64,000 bases of DNA from Candidatus Woesebacteria bacterium (GTDB taxonomy: Bacteria > Patescibacteriota > Microgenomatia > UBA8517). Made by a program: the position numbers and the translations under genes. The number at the start of each line of letters is the position of its first letter. Positions within the stretch are counted from its first letter, which is position 1. The notes below the pieces were generated by a model. That model searched no databases. It was not told the DNA's origin and was given only the letters and a program-made list of their open reading frames with translations. This document shows, one piece after another, positions 45,752 through 55,690 of the stretch. The stretch lies in assembly GCA_013374855.1 (NCBI GenBank), contig CP055308.1, forward strand, positions 272,715 to 336,714, read 5' to 3'.

Positions 45752-46680
45752 AATTTGGAGCCGATTCCACTGTAAAGTATTAGAAGGACTAGAATTACCC
45801 AAGTGGATGCAGAAATAAGAAGCGGAATGTCTGTAAGTATTACCTTTTCTGGCCCCTCGGTTTTTTCATCAAAGATTAACTTTTCATAGCGCATAATAGC
45901 AAAGATGACAAAGGGTATAGTTATCATTAAGAGTTTGTTTACAGTTATTGTCTTTGATATTTCTGCAAGCAATACCCACACTGGAAGAGAGATTCTTGGA
46001 GATTCAAAAAAAGTAAAAAGAGACCAGCTCATCCATGCTGCATTTCCAAACATAGTAACATATGAGTTTAGAAGCTCTCTTCGGTAATCAAGAAGTGCTG
46101 GTCGGGTATTAGTTTCTTTTGTCTGAGAGATGCTTAATTCTGCCCTTCTTTTACCTGACGCAAGGAAAAGTGATACAGATATTACACAAAGCAAGAACCA
46201 AACCGAAAGATGGGCATTTATTGCAAATGCCCCTCCATAAACTCTTAAGATAAATCCTGAGGCTATTATTATGATGTCAAGAACTGCTATTTTTTTAAAT
46301 ATGCTGCTGTAGAGAATTTGAATGATAAAATAGGCAATTATTGTGGTAATAAAAAGAGTTTCCAGCTTACTTGCAGTTGTAATTGCGGCAAGAAAGAAGA
46401 CTCCGCTTTCAAGAAGTGCTATTTGGGGTCTAAGTGCCCCAGAGGCTATTGGCCTTTTCTTTTTTATTGGATGAAGTCTGTCTTTTGGCGCGTCAAAAAT
46501 ATCGTTTATTATGTAGATGCTTGAAGAAACAAGGCAGAAAGATAAAAAAGCTATTATTGTTTTTTTCAGGTATCCTGGTACGAAGAGAGTTCCACTGAAA
46601 ACAAGAGCTGAAAAGACAGCTAAATTTTTTATCCAATGCAGAGGTCGCGCAACCTTTATTAGACTAGTTAGGGTCTTCAT
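45748..46680 (-). CDS. UbiA-family prenyltransferase, decaprenyl-phosphate phosphoribosyltransferase-like
   Basis: RPLHWIKNLAVF...NDIFDAPKDRLHP (Asp-rich motif 1) and a second D-rich motif in a polytopic membrane protein. The family resemblance is to DPPR synthase (UbiA superfamily). Confidence 0.7.
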   Translation of the reverse strand: MKTLTSLIKVARPLHWIKNLAVFSALVFSGTLFVPGYLKKTIIAFLSFCLVSSSIYIINDIFDAPKDRLHPIKKKRPIASGALRPQIALLESGVFFLAAITTASKLETLFITTIIAYFIIQILYSSIFKKIAVLDIIIIASGFILRVYGGAFAINAHLSVWFLLCVISVSLFLASGKRRAELSISQTKETNTRPALLDYRRELLNSYVTMFGNAAWMSWSLFTFFESPRISLPVWVLLAEISKTITVNKLLMITIPFVIFAIMRYEKLIFDEKTEGPEKVILTDIPLLISASTWVILVLLILYSGIGSKF

Positions 46681-47728
46681 TTTTATTACTCTTTGTCCAG
46701 AAACTAATACCTATTACAATCAAGACGATCCCTATTATAGTATAAATCTTTGTAGCACTATTCAAAATTAAAGAGAAAAGCCCCAGTATTAGAGCAGTTA
46801 TCCAATAGAATATTGCTACCTTTGCTTTAGACCAGCCTTTATCAAGCAGTTTGTGATGAAGATGGGTTCTGTCTCCCCATACAGGGGATTTACCTTTTGC
46901 GATTCGTCTTGTAATTACAAAAACAGTGTCGATAATAGGGATTCCCAATACTATTAGCAAAGTTCCTACCTTAGCGGTTGATAGTATTGAAAGAATGGCA
47001 AGCATATAGCCTCCAAGAGTTGACCCGGAATATCCGGGCATTATTTTTTGTGGGTAAAAGTTCCAAGGCAAAAAACCAAGATAAGCACCTGCAGTGATTC
47101 CTGCTAAGATTATTACGGGCCATTGAGTAATATCGGCTGAGAACCTTAAGGAAAGTAACCCGATGGTTAGTGCGGCAACAGCAACAACCCCCGGCAATTG
47201 TCCATCTACTCCTTTTGCTCCCATATTTACCATATTCATAATAAAAAATACCCAGAAAACCGTAAAACCAATAACTAGTGGTTTTATTTTTATGGCAACC
47301 CCACCATAGTTTATATTGAAGAAAAATTTATCAAGTTGGATCATACCTCCTAGGGGGTTGGAAATAAAATTAATACCAATTCCCCCCAAGGCTGGAATTA
47401 GTAGTGCAGATATTTGCAATAAAATTCTTAGGTATGGGTTAAGATTGTATTTGTCGTCTAGAAAACCGATTATGGCGATGAGAGTTGCCCCAAAAATTAT
47501 TAATTTAAGATAATAGTCTAGTGGTAGAAATAGAAGCGATGACATCACAATTGAGAAGTAAATAGGCAATCCGCCACCGCGTGGGACAGGATATGTATGT
47601 ATAACTTTAGGATGTTTGTGGTAACGAGGATCATCTACTATCCTTAATTTTTTGGCTAGTTTTATAGTTGGAGGTGTAGCTAAAAGGGCTATTATTGAGG
47701 AGGTTAAAATGTACTTTAATATGTCCAT
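46664..47728 (-). CDS. Glycosyltransferase family 4 polyprenyl-phosphate sugar-1-phosphate transferase (MraY/WecA family)
   Basis: Polytopic. DDKYNLNP (the DDxxD-like Mg site), NMVNMGAKGVDGQLPG (sugar-nucleotide loop) and a C-terminal HLHHKLL motif. Confidence 0.7.
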   Translation of the reverse strand: MDILKYILTSSIIALLATPPTIKLAKKLRIVDDPRYHKHPKVIHTYPVPRGGGLPIYFSIVMSSLLFLPLDYYLKLIIFGATLIAIIGFLDDKYNLNPYLRILLQISALLIPALGGIGINFISNPLGGMIQLDKFFFNINYGGVAIKIKPLVIGFTVFWVFFIMNMVNMGAKGVDGQLPGVVAVAALTIGLLSLRFSADITQWPVIILAGITAGAYLGFLPWNFYPQKIMPGYSGSTLGGYMLAILSILSTAKVGTLLIVLGIPIIDTVFVITRRIAKGKSPVWGDRTHLHHKLLDKGWSKAKVAIFYWITALILGLFSLILNSATKIYTIIGIVLIVIGISFWTKSNKNEDPN

Positions 47729-47731
47729 TTT

Positions 47732-48130
47732 TTAAAAGGATCCGACTAATAGTATTATTTTAACAATGGCGATGGTGGAGAAAAAGTTGATTGGTATTAG
47801 TATGTAGGTTGAAATTTGTTTTACGAAATTGTTTGAACTTTTATTGCAGATGATAAAATTTAGAATAGTGAACAAAGTGGATAGTAATGCTGGTGTTGTT
47901 ATTAACCACCAAGGAGCAATTTGTCTTTCCCCTTCTGGCAGACCATAAAAGAGAGGGACTTCTGGTGGAATAAAATTTCTTGTTGCTAAAATTAGAGCAA
48001 TAAGAAAGATATTTATTAGAAGCGAAGCAAAAAAAATTTTTGTTTTACATCCATCTTTGTCTGTTTTTATATTGCTGGTCAATGCACTGAAGAAAATTGG
48101 TGCTTTTGTTTTGTTTTTTCTAAGATCCAT
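47732..48130 (-). CDS. Small polytopic membrane protein of unknown function
   Basis: 132 aa with 3-4 predicted TM helices. It is tightly packed between GT4 and the GT-C genes. Confidence 0.35.
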   Translation of the reverse strand: MDLRKNKTKAPIFFSALTSNIKTDKDGCKTKIFFASLLINIFLIALILATRNFIPPEVPLFYGLPEGERQIAPWWLITTPALLSTLFTILNFIICNKSSNNFVKQISTYILIPINFFSTIAIVKIILLVGSF

Positions 48131-49607
48131 TTTGCTTGTTTGGCAGATAAAAGAATTTTACACCCTGGTTTTTGATTTCAGGGGGGTAAAGTCTAATGTA
48201 ATGACTTTCTGCAAAAATTTCCAGCTCAGGAAAGGATTCTGATTCTGGTAATATTACAATTGTTCTTGGTTTTTCCCGAAAAAGGTCTTCTATTAATTTT
48301 TCTTTAGTGTAAAAATCTTTGATGTGATATCCTGCAACATATTTTATGGGTGGAATCCTTTTTGATAGAGCATAAATTTGAGCTGAATCTTCCCAGACAA
48401 ATATGCGGTCCTTTTTGGAGGTTGACTCTCTTACTATCTGCGCAATTTTGTAATTTCTGTCTGTTCTGCTATCAAAATTGTTTATGTATGTTTTTTTGTC
48501 TATTTTGCCAACTGCAAACCTTAGGAAGTTTTCGTAAAAAGGAAGACTTGGATAATACCAGAATTTAAAGTAAAAAGGAACGAAAAAGAAAATGGTTAGC
48601 GGAATAATGGATAGGGTTTGCAAATAACTTTTTTCTGTAAAGAGTAGTCCAAAAAGGATAGAAACAGCAGGAATAGTTTGTACCAGGTAGTGTGGATAGG
48701 GTCTTTCTGAAAGTGTAGCGGCAAATAGTGTTAAAAAAAGCCAGCTAGTGATAAAAATAAATCTTTTATCCAATTTTTTTCTAAGAAGCATCAAGATGAT
48801 TATGGAAATTGAAAGAAAGATAAGTCTTAAAAGAAGTGGGCCGTTTTTGACAAAGAACGGAACCTGAGCTTTTGAAAGCCCTCGCCAAGAGGAAAGATAC
48901 CCCATGTTTTCTAAAAAAGCTGCTTTTATATAATCCAACAGTGCTCCTTTTGAGAAATACCAAATAAATGTAGCAAGAATTGGAAGTACTACTCCCAATA
49001 GAAAGATGGCGCTTTTAAAGATGGTTTCTTTTGTTTCTTTTACATTGATGTTTTTTTGAGAAATGAACCATAGAATAAAGATTGCTGGTATGTCAAAGAT
49101 GGCAGGTATTTTTAGAAGTGGAGCAAAGGAGAATATTATTCCTGCAAGAAGTATTTTTTTATAAGAGATGGTTTTTTGGGCAAGAATCCAGAATGCTGCT
49201 AAAGTTGGAGCAAGCATCAATATTTCTGAATTGACGATGTTTCCTTCCAGTAATGGTAGGTTTGTAAGAATTGAGAATATAATAACAGAAACCTTTTGGA
49301 GCGAATCTTTTTTTGGGAAAAGCCTCTTAACTAGTTTGTAAAAGATGAAAACAGAAAGAATGTTTGCAATAAGTAGTGAAACCTTAAACCAAAAGAGACT
49401 GCCGGTTATGGCGGCCAGAATGTAAATAAGTGGTGGTTTATTGTCGTGGATATCTTTGTAAAGAGTTAAGCCTTGTTTTATTCCTTCGCCTAAAGTTAGA
49501 TAAATTGTTTCATCACCATATGAGTATGGCATATAAAGAGTGGGCAATCTCACTATTAGTATTAGGAGGAATAAGAAAATTAGCCAATTTGGTAGATGCT
49601 TTTCCAT
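48120..49607 (-). CDS. GT-C fold glycosyltransferase (ArnT/PMT_2, GT39/GT83-like)
   Basis: The N-terminal loop YSYGDETIYLTLGEGIKQGLTLYKDIHDNKPPLIY carries the DE-type motif. It is followed by 10 or more TM helices and a C-terminal soluble domain. Confidence 0.65.
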   Translation of the reverse strand: MEKHLPNWLIFLFLLILIVRLPTLYMPYSYGDETIYLTLGEGIKQGLTLYKDIHDNKPPLIYILAAITGSLFWFKVSLLIANILSVFIFYKLVKRLFPKKDSLQKVSVIIFSILTNLPLLEGNIVNSEILMLAPTLAAFWILAQKTISYKKILLAGIIFSFAPLLKIPAIFDIPAIFILWFISQKNINVKETKETIFKSAIFLLGVVLPILATFIWYFSKGALLDYIKAAFLENMGYLSSWRGLSKAQVPFFVKNGPLLLRLIFLSISIIILMLLRKKLDKRFIFITSWLFLTLFAATLSERPYPHYLVQTIPAVSILFGLLFTEKSYLQTLSIIPLTIFFFVPFYFKFWYYPSLPFYENFLRFAVGKIDKKTYINNFDSRTDRNYKIAQIVRESTSKKDRIFVWEDSAQIYALSKRIPPIKYVAGYHIKDFYTKEKLIEDLFREKPRTIVILPESESFPELEIFAESHYIRLYPPEIKNQGVKFFYLPNKQNGS

Positions 49608-49625
49608 CTCAATTTGTATTTAATT

Positions 49626-50993
49626 TTAATTGGTTTTTTCTAGCCAAACAACTTTTAAATCCCCAAAGCTTTTGTGTGAAGTTGCCTTGTAATTCTTGAT
49701 TTTAACTTCCTCTACTGGGCCACTCGTTATTGCCCCTATTTTCTGAAAGTTTCTGGGGATCTCTTTGATTATATCCTCGCTTTTCATCTGAGCGGTTCCC
49801 ACATAGTAGGGCAATTCACCACTGGGGTTGTAAATTGGGGCATCAATGCCATAGAATTTGCTTTCCCACAGGTGGTGCGCTGATGAGTTCCAGTTAATAA
49901 GGAAGGTTTCCTGTTTTGTTTCGCTTTTAAGGTAGCTGGACAACTCTCTGAAAGGCCTTTTTGTCGGATGGATAAAGTAATTGAAATCAATTATTACAAA
50001 GCAAATTATGATCAGAATTAAAATTAAGTTACTTACCCTTCTTCTATTTGATCCCAGAAGTATCATTGCTGCGGGAATAGTATAGAGGAGATAACGGTTA
50101 AAAAAAATTGATTGCATTTTTTGGGATACAAGCCATGTAACTATGATGGGTACCAGAAACCAAGATAGAAAAAATAGGCTTTTTTTAATATCTATGTTCC
50201 ATTTTCTTAATAGGAAGGCAGCTATAACCATATATAAAGATATGTTTCCTAATTCTTTGTTAATGAATGGTATCTTGACGGATGGATTTTTGATTCCTTC
50301 AGCTAAATATTCATAAATCAAATTCCGCAGATCAACAAAGGTTGGTTTCCCAAGCCAAAACCCGCTTGCTACCATTGTGGCCTGTTTGTATAACGGATAG
50401 ATCCATGGCAGATAAAGTAAGGCTGCCAATATCATTCCTTTTATTACCCTTGTTGCTCCGGTTTTGTTTCCTTTTAGAAATTCGATAAAGGTCCAAAAAA
50501 CTTGGGGAACTATTGAGAAAATTGCAAAGTGGTGTGAATATAAAGCCCAATCTAGGCTTAAGGTATAAGCTACTATTGTAATGTCCCCTTTTGTTTTTTT
50601 GTTTTTTTCACTTATTATTTTTAAGAAAAAGTAAATTGATGCAACAACACCAAGAGAGAGTATTGAATACATTCTTCCCTCAAAAGCGTAGGTGAAAAAG
50701 AATGGGTTTAGGAAGGAAAGTAAAGCGACAACGATGCCGGTTTTGTTGTCCCAGATGAGTTTGCCAATAAGGTAGATAAAAAATAAACAAGCAACAAAAT
50801 ATAAGAAAGAAAGGAGTCTTATAGACACTTCGCTTACTCCAAAAATTTTATACCAAAAGTGAAGGGTTAGATTATATAGGGGCGGTGATGTGTCTCTGAT
50901 TATTATTTTTATAATTTCAGTGGGAGAATTGGTAGAAAGCACGGCTGAAAAAGCCTCATCTCCCCAAAGACTGGCGTTAAACTGGTTGGTCAT
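49626..50993 (-). CDS. Second GT-C fold membrane glycosyltransferase (ArnT/PMT-like)
   Basis: N-terminal LWGDEAFSAV (DE motif in the first loop), polytopic, with the same architecture as the upstream paralog. Confidence 0.55.
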   Translation of the reverse strand: MTNQFNASLWGDEAFSAVLSTNSPTEIIKIIIRDTSPPLYNLTLHFWYKIFGVSEVSIRLLSFLYFVACLFFIYLIGKLIWDNKTGIVVALLSFLNPFFFTYAFEGRMYSILSLGVVASIYFFLKIISEKNKKTKGDITIVAYTLSLDWALYSHHFAIFSIVPQVFWTFIEFLKGNKTGATRVIKGMILAALLYLPWIYPLYKQATMVASGFWLGKPTFVDLRNLIYEYLAEGIKNPSVKIPFINKELGNISLYMVIAAFLLRKWNIDIKKSLFFLSWFLVPIIVTWLVSQKMQSIFFNRYLLYTIPAAMILLGSNRRRVSNLILILIIICFVIIDFNYFIHPTKRPFRELSSYLKSETKQETFLINWNSSAHHLWESKFYGIDAPIYNPSGELPYYVGTAQMKSEDIIKEIPRNFQKIGAITSGPVEEVKIKNYKATSHKSFGDLKVVWLEKTN

Positions 50994-51025
50994 TGATTAA
51001 TTTTAGCAAAAATAAGGAGAGGTTT

Positions 51026-52504
51026 TTATACTTTTTCTGTAACTTTATACTCTATGTATTTTCCAAGCATTAGTCTGGTGTGAGATTCTATACCTGGCAG
51101 AGCAGAAAGAAAGAATCCTACAATAGGCATAAGAACAAACTCAAATGGTATTAAAACCCTTTTTATCAGATTGAAGTTTTTAGGTATGGGAGGTTTGTAG
51201 TACCTGTCTATGAAAAGACTAATTGCCAAAAATGATAGGGCAAGAGTGAGAACAAATGATGAAATTTTTGGTACCATATAACCAAGTGAAGTTCTACCAA
51301 AAGCTGGGTTTATTATTGTGGGTAAAGTAAGCCCTATTGTTATGGTAAACCAGTTCACTGGCCAGAGAATATGTGCCCAGAGTGCATATATTAGTCTTGT
51401 TGTCTTAGAAAAAAAGGAAATTTCTTTGTGGGAGAAGTAATTTTTTATTATCCAAGGAAGGTCAGACACTCCCCATGCCCAACGTTTGTATTGTTCGTAT
51501 TGATTTTTTAGAGTTTTCCAAAACCCTACTGCTTGTGCAGCATCCACGTATATTGGTGTGTATATCGGTTCTACTTCTACCTGTCCTTTTTTTCTGAAAA
51601 ATGCTTTAAAGAAAATTCCCCAATCTTCTGGAATTTTATCCGGATCCCAGTACTCTGCGTCATCTAACAACTTGAAAGATAGAGAATAATTTTGTTGGTT
51701 AATTAATCTATCTTTTCTGGGAAGTTGTGCAAGATTCCAAATTGAACCCAGTGTATTTGTAACTCTTGTTAAAGCTGGTATTTCCCAAATGTTGTTGTAA
51801 AAAAGTATCGCCGGTTGCCAGAAGAAATTGTATCTTCTTGGGTTTTTTAGAAAAAGATATGTTAATTGGGAGAAATGTTCTGGATGGTATCTGTGATCAG
51901 CATCGCAACTTGTGACAATTATATTTTTAATATCCAGTTTTTTTGTTTTGATGTATTTATCTTTAAACCAAAGCGATGCATACCTTTCATTAGATGCCTT
52001 ACCCGCAACCTCACCCGGCATCAGTTGATGAACAGTAAAATGAAGAGCATTGAATTTTCCATTGAACTTTTTCTTTAGAATTCTTATTTTTTTCTTTCTT
52101 TCTTTTTCATCTTCTTTTTTTTCCATAGCAAGGATAATTATCATCTGTTTTTGCGGAAAGGTTTGATTGCAAAGTGATTCGAGAGTTCTTTCCAGAATGT
52201 GAAGAGGTTCTTTATAGGTAGGTATTATTACTAGGTTCTTTGTTTTTTTGAAACCTTCTAGTTTTTGGGCATCTTTCAGCCAATTATGTTTGGCTGCTGA
52301 CTGGATTTTTAAATGAGAGATGATTGCAGTTATTGCGATTTGCAACGATTGATAGAACCAATAAATATTGTAAGAAAGGATAAAAAAAGCTACGGTATTT
52401 GGGATTATAAATATTCCCCAGTAAGGAAAAAGAATTAGATTCCAGGAAACAAATCCGGGAAAAATCTCAAGTAATCTTTGCAGAATTTTTTCTTTTTTGG
52501 ACAT
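51026..52504 (-). CDS. GT2-family glycosyltransferase with N- and C-terminal TM segments
   Basis: GT-A core IIPTYKEPLHILERTLESLCNQT plus TSCDADH (a DxD-like motif). Confidence 0.65.
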   Translation of the reverse strand: MSKKEKILQRLLEIFPGFVSWNLILFPYWGIFIIPNTVAFFILSYNIYWFYQSLQIAITAIISHLKIQSAAKHNWLKDAQKLEGFKKTKNLVIIPTYKEPLHILERTLESLCNQTFPQKQMIIILAMEKKEDEKERKKKIRILKKKFNGKFNALHFTVHQLMPGEVAGKASNERYASLWFKDKYIKTKKLDIKNIIVTSCDADHRYHPEHFSQLTYLFLKNPRRYNFFWQPAILFYNNIWEIPALTRVTNTLGSIWNLAQLPRKDRLINQQNYSLSFKLLDDAEYWDPDKIPEDWGIFFKAFFRKKGQVEVEPIYTPIYVDAAQAVGFWKTLKNQYEQYKRWAWGVSDLPWIIKNYFSHKEISFFSKTTRLIYALWAHILWPVNWFTITIGLTLPTIINPAFGRTSLGYMVPKISSFVLTLALSFLAISLFIDRYYKPPIPKNFNLIKRVLIPFEFVLMPIVGFFLSALPGIESHTRLMLGKYIEYKVTEKV

Positions 52505-52506
52505 TT

Positions 52507-53898
52507 TCAGCTCTCCAGTCGAGGGAAAAGGGGTTTTTTTATTTTTTTTACATTTCCTACAAAAGTTTCTTTTATTTTTTCTGCCGTTTCTGGCATGAAG
52601 AAAATTAAGTTTTCAGATAGGTTTATTATTTCTCTGATTATTTTTTTGATTAATTTTTCTTTTGTTTTTTCTTTTTCCCAGAGCCTGTTTTTATTAATCA
52701 AACCGTCTAGGTATGAGATTTTTCTCCAGAGAAAATCAAGCGCTTTATCAGCTCTGTAATTTTCCATATATTGGGATACCTTTTTATAAATTATTCCTTT
52801 TTCTTTTTTATCTATCTTTGTTTTGTAAATTTCCGCAAGCTTTGCCACTCGTGAGACTAAGTTGCCCAAACCATTAGCAAGCTCGGCGTTGTAAACAGAT
52901 TTTATTTTCTCTATTGAGATGTCTGAGTCAGCAATCAGGGGTCCGTACTTAAGGAAATAATATCTTATTGCATCTGTCCCGAAAATTTTTACCAATTCTG
53001 TTGGCCTTATTACATTTCCCTTTGATTTGGAAATTTTTTCTCCGTTTAAGGAAATAAAATTGTGGACAAGTATTGTCTTGGGTAGTTTATAACCTGAGCT
53101 TCTTAGCATTGCTGGCCAATAAATAGCATGGAATTTTAAATTGTCCTTTCCCAAGATGTGTACATCTGCGGGCCAGCATTTTTTTTGCAGTCCAAAAGTA
53201 AGATAGTTAATTAGAGCATCAAACCAGACATATATTGTTTGTGTTTTGTCATCAGGTACAGGAATTCCCCATCTAACATTTTTTCTTGATACAGAGAAAT
53301 CTGTCAGTCCTCTTTTGATGAAGGCAACAACTTCTTTTCTTTTTTCCTTAGGCCAAACAAAATCTGGATTTTCTTTTATGTGTTCTAGAAGAAAATCTTG
53401 GTACTTTGAAAGGCGGAAAAAATAATTTTCCTCTTTAATCTTCTGAAGTTTGAGGTGTGGGTGAAATGGGCACTTTTTGTTTTTAGTATCCTTTTTGTTA
53501 AGGAATGTTTCGCAACCTTCGCAATAAAATCCTTCATAAACACCTTTATAAATGTCTCCTCTTTTTTTTGCCTTTAGGTAAATTTTTTGTGCAAGTTCTA
53601 TGTGATCTTTGTCGGTGGTTCTTATGAATCTGTCGTATGAGATGTTTAGAGCCTTCCATTCGTTTTTGTCTTTTTGGACTATTTCATCGACAAACTCTTT
53701 CGGTTTTCGGCCTTGTTTTTCTGCACTTTTTTCCACTTTTTGTCCATGTTCATCAGTTCCTGTTAAGAAAAAAGTTTTATCTCCAATTCTTCGATGATAT
53801 CTGGCTAGGGCGTCTGCCATTATTTTTTGATAAGCATGACCAATGTGAATTACGTCGTTAGTGTAGTCAATGGCTGTTGTTATATAGAACTTTTTCAT
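52507..53898 (-). CDS. metG: Methionyl-tRNA synthetase (minimal form, with no C-terminal tRNA-binding extension)
   Basis: HIGH region YTNDVIHIGHAYQ. Zn knuckle CEGCETFL...CPFHPH. KMSKS as KISKSKGNVIRP. Length 463 aa. Confidence 0.85.
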   Translation of the reverse strand: MKKFYITTAIDYTNDVIHIGHAYQKIMADALARYHRRIGDKTFFLTGTDEHGQKVEKSAEKQGRKPKEFVDEIVQKDKNEWKALNISYDRFIRTTDKDHIELAQKIYLKAKKRGDIYKGVYEGFYCEGCETFLNKKDTKNKKCPFHPHLKLQKIKEENYFFRLSKYQDFLLEHIKENPDFVWPKEKRKEVVAFIKRGLTDFSVSRKNVRWGIPVPDDKTQTIYVWFDALINYLTFGLQKKCWPADVHILGKDNLKFHAIYWPAMLRSSGYKLPKTILVHNFISLNGEKISKSKGNVIRPTELVKIFGTDAIRYYFLKYGPLIADSDISIEKIKSVYNAELANGLGNLVSRVAKLAEIYKTKIDKKEKGIIYKKVSQYMENYRADKALDFLWRKISYLDGLINKNRLWEKEKTKEKLIKKIIREIINLSENLIFFMPETAEKIKETFVGNVKKIKKPLFPRLES

Positions 53899-53917
53899 AA
53901 TGATTTGTTTGAAGAAA

Positions 53918-54274
53918 TTAACTATTGCCGGTTATTTTTTTTATTTTTCGAGCCCAAACTTCTGCCCATTCTTCAGCTTCTATTTTCTTAAGTGCCAGCT
54001 GGAATCCCTGTTTTTTGGCAAGATTTGATATTTCTGCAATTGTAGCAGATGATGCTTTTAGGTTTTGTTTTATATTTGAGTAAGATCTCCCCTTCTTTAG
54101 CCAGTATGCTATAGCAAGTCTCTTTGCGAAAACTTCGATTTCGGTTTCTTCAAAAAAACCTTGGATGAAGGCAAGTGCTTCTTCTTGGTTTTTAATATCG
54201 GCTATTACTTGAGCAAAAGTTTTTATAAGTTCCTTTTTAAGAGTAGGATTAATTTGTTTTTTGGTTATTCTCAT
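53918..54274 (-). CDS. YerC/YecD-family (TrpR-like) small DNA-binding protein
   Basis: 118 aa with a TrpR-like helix-turn-helix (RSYSNIKQNLKASSATIAEIS) and the family length. Confidence 0.6.
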   Translation of the reverse strand: MRITKKQINPTLKKELIKTFAQVIADIKNQEEALAFIQGFFEETEIEVFAKRLAIAYWLKKGRSYSNIKQNLKASSATIAEISNLAKKQGFQLALKKIEAEEWAEVWARKIKKITGNS

Positions 54275-54651
54275 GGTTCTTTTGAATAAATTATCTAAAA
54301 CTAGTATATCAGAAACTCTTTTTGAGTCAATTGTTTAATAGTTTGTAAATAATTGCCGCCATAATTATTGGCAGATAAATAGGGTAAATTATTCCTAAGT
54401 ATCTTAGGAAAAGGTAAACAGAAAACACAAGCGATATCAGAAAACCCTTTTTTGCGTCTATTAGAGTTACAGATAGGAACATTCCGAATAGAGTAAAAAA
54501 AAGAATGAGAAAAATGATTACTATTAGGTTGTTTTGTGGAGGGATTTTAAAAAGTATAAAAGCAAGGGCAAAAAAATTTAGAGTTATGATAATCAGTGTA
54601 GGAAGATAATTTTTTCTTATTTTTCTTTTTATTTCTTTAGGTTTTCTCCTT

Positions 54652-55686
54652 TTGGGTATTAGTATTTTTTCAAAACGGGTGCTAGAATATCTAAGACTTT
54701 TCTTTTTCTTGAATATGGAATTAAATGTATTTTTGATTTTAGTAAGCATTTCTTTCTTGGTGGCTACTTTCATTATAAACAAAAAACTTTCTGAAATTCT
54801 AAAAAAATCGTCTCCTTCAGAGGAATTACTTGAGTATTTGCGCACCACCAACGCCCGTCTTGATAAGCAAAATGAATCTTTAAACATCTCAACCCGTGCA
54901 CTAAACGAGCGATTGGACAAAGCTGCTCAAGTTATATCTTCGGTTAGAGAAAGCATTGTACAAGTTAGTGAAATTGGAAGAAGCATGAAGGAACTTCAAG
55001 AATTTATCAGCTCGCCAAAGCTGAGAGGAAATTTGGGAGAACATGTTCTAAAGGAGATATTGGGTCAGTTTTTACCTAAAAATTCTTTCAATTTGCAATA
55101 TACTTTCAAGACTGGCGACAAAGTTGATGCGGCGATAAGAACGCAAGCTGGGATTGTCCCTATTGATTCAAAATTCCCGATGGAGAATTTTAGAAAAATG
55201 ATGTCGACTGAGGGCGAGGAGAAAGATCACTTTGCCAGTCTTTTTGAGAAGGATGTCAAAAAGCACATAGACACTATTTCCAAAAAGTATATTTTGACAG
55301 AGGAGGGAACGATTGATTATGCACTAATGTATATCCCATCTGAAGCTGTTTATTATGAGGTAGTTAACAATCCTTCTCTTTTTGAATATGCTTCGGAAAA
55401 AAGGGTTTTACCTGTTTCTCCAACAACTTTTTATGCATACATTAAGGCAATACTTATGAGTTTTGAAGGCCAAAAGATAGAGGAGGAGGCAAAAAGAATC
55501 CTTTTGTCCCTAAAAGCTATAAAAAGAGATTATGATAAGGTAGAGAGCGAGCTGTCTGTTTTACAAAGGCACATTGTCAATTCTTTTAATATGATAGGAA
55601 ATGTAATGTCTTCTTTTGTTCGTATGGGGCAGAAAATCAGTCTTACTCAAAGTTTGGGTGAAAAAAGAAAGGAACTGCCTTCTTGA
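54652..55686 (+). CDS. rmuC: DNA recombination protein RmuC. A more likely start is the Met at 54715, MELNVFLIL.
   Basis: N-terminal TM helix, a coiled-coil region, then the conserved RmuC C-terminal domain (GNLGEHVLKEILGQFLP ... GIVPIDSKFPMENF ... YIPSEAVYYEV). Confidence 0.75.
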   Translation: MGISIFSKRVLEYLRLFFFLNMELNVFLILVSISFLVATFIINKKLSEILKKSSPSEELLEYLRTTNARLDKQNESLNISTRALNERLDKAAQVISSVRESIVQVSEIGRSMKELQEFISSPKLRGNLGEHVLKEILGQFLPKNSFNLQYTFKTGDKVDAAIRTQAGIVPIDSKFPMENFRKMMSTEGEEKDHFASLFEKDVKKHIDTISKKYILTEEGTIDYALMYIPSEAVYYEVVNNPSLFEYASEKRVLPVSPTTFYAYIKAILMSFEGQKIEEEAKRILLSLKAIKRDYDKVESELSVLQRHIVNSFNMIGNVMSSFVRMGQKISLTQSLGEKRKELPS

Positions 55687-55690
55687 GAAT

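Noticed and set aside
46664-47728. Calling this GT4 protein MraY specifically because murC is in the window
   Set aside because: The C-terminal HLHHKLL and loop motifs fit WecA/TagO-type enzymes as well as MraY, and the gene sits inside a glycan cluster, not a dcw cluster. It is kept at family level.
54327-54920. 197-aa minus-strand ORF overlapping the 5' end of rmuC by about 200-270 nt
   Set aside because: It overlaps extensively with the well-supported rmuC N-terminal TM/coiled-coil region. A short real membrane protein may exist from an internal start, but this cannot be resolved from sequence alone, so it is not reported as a feature.
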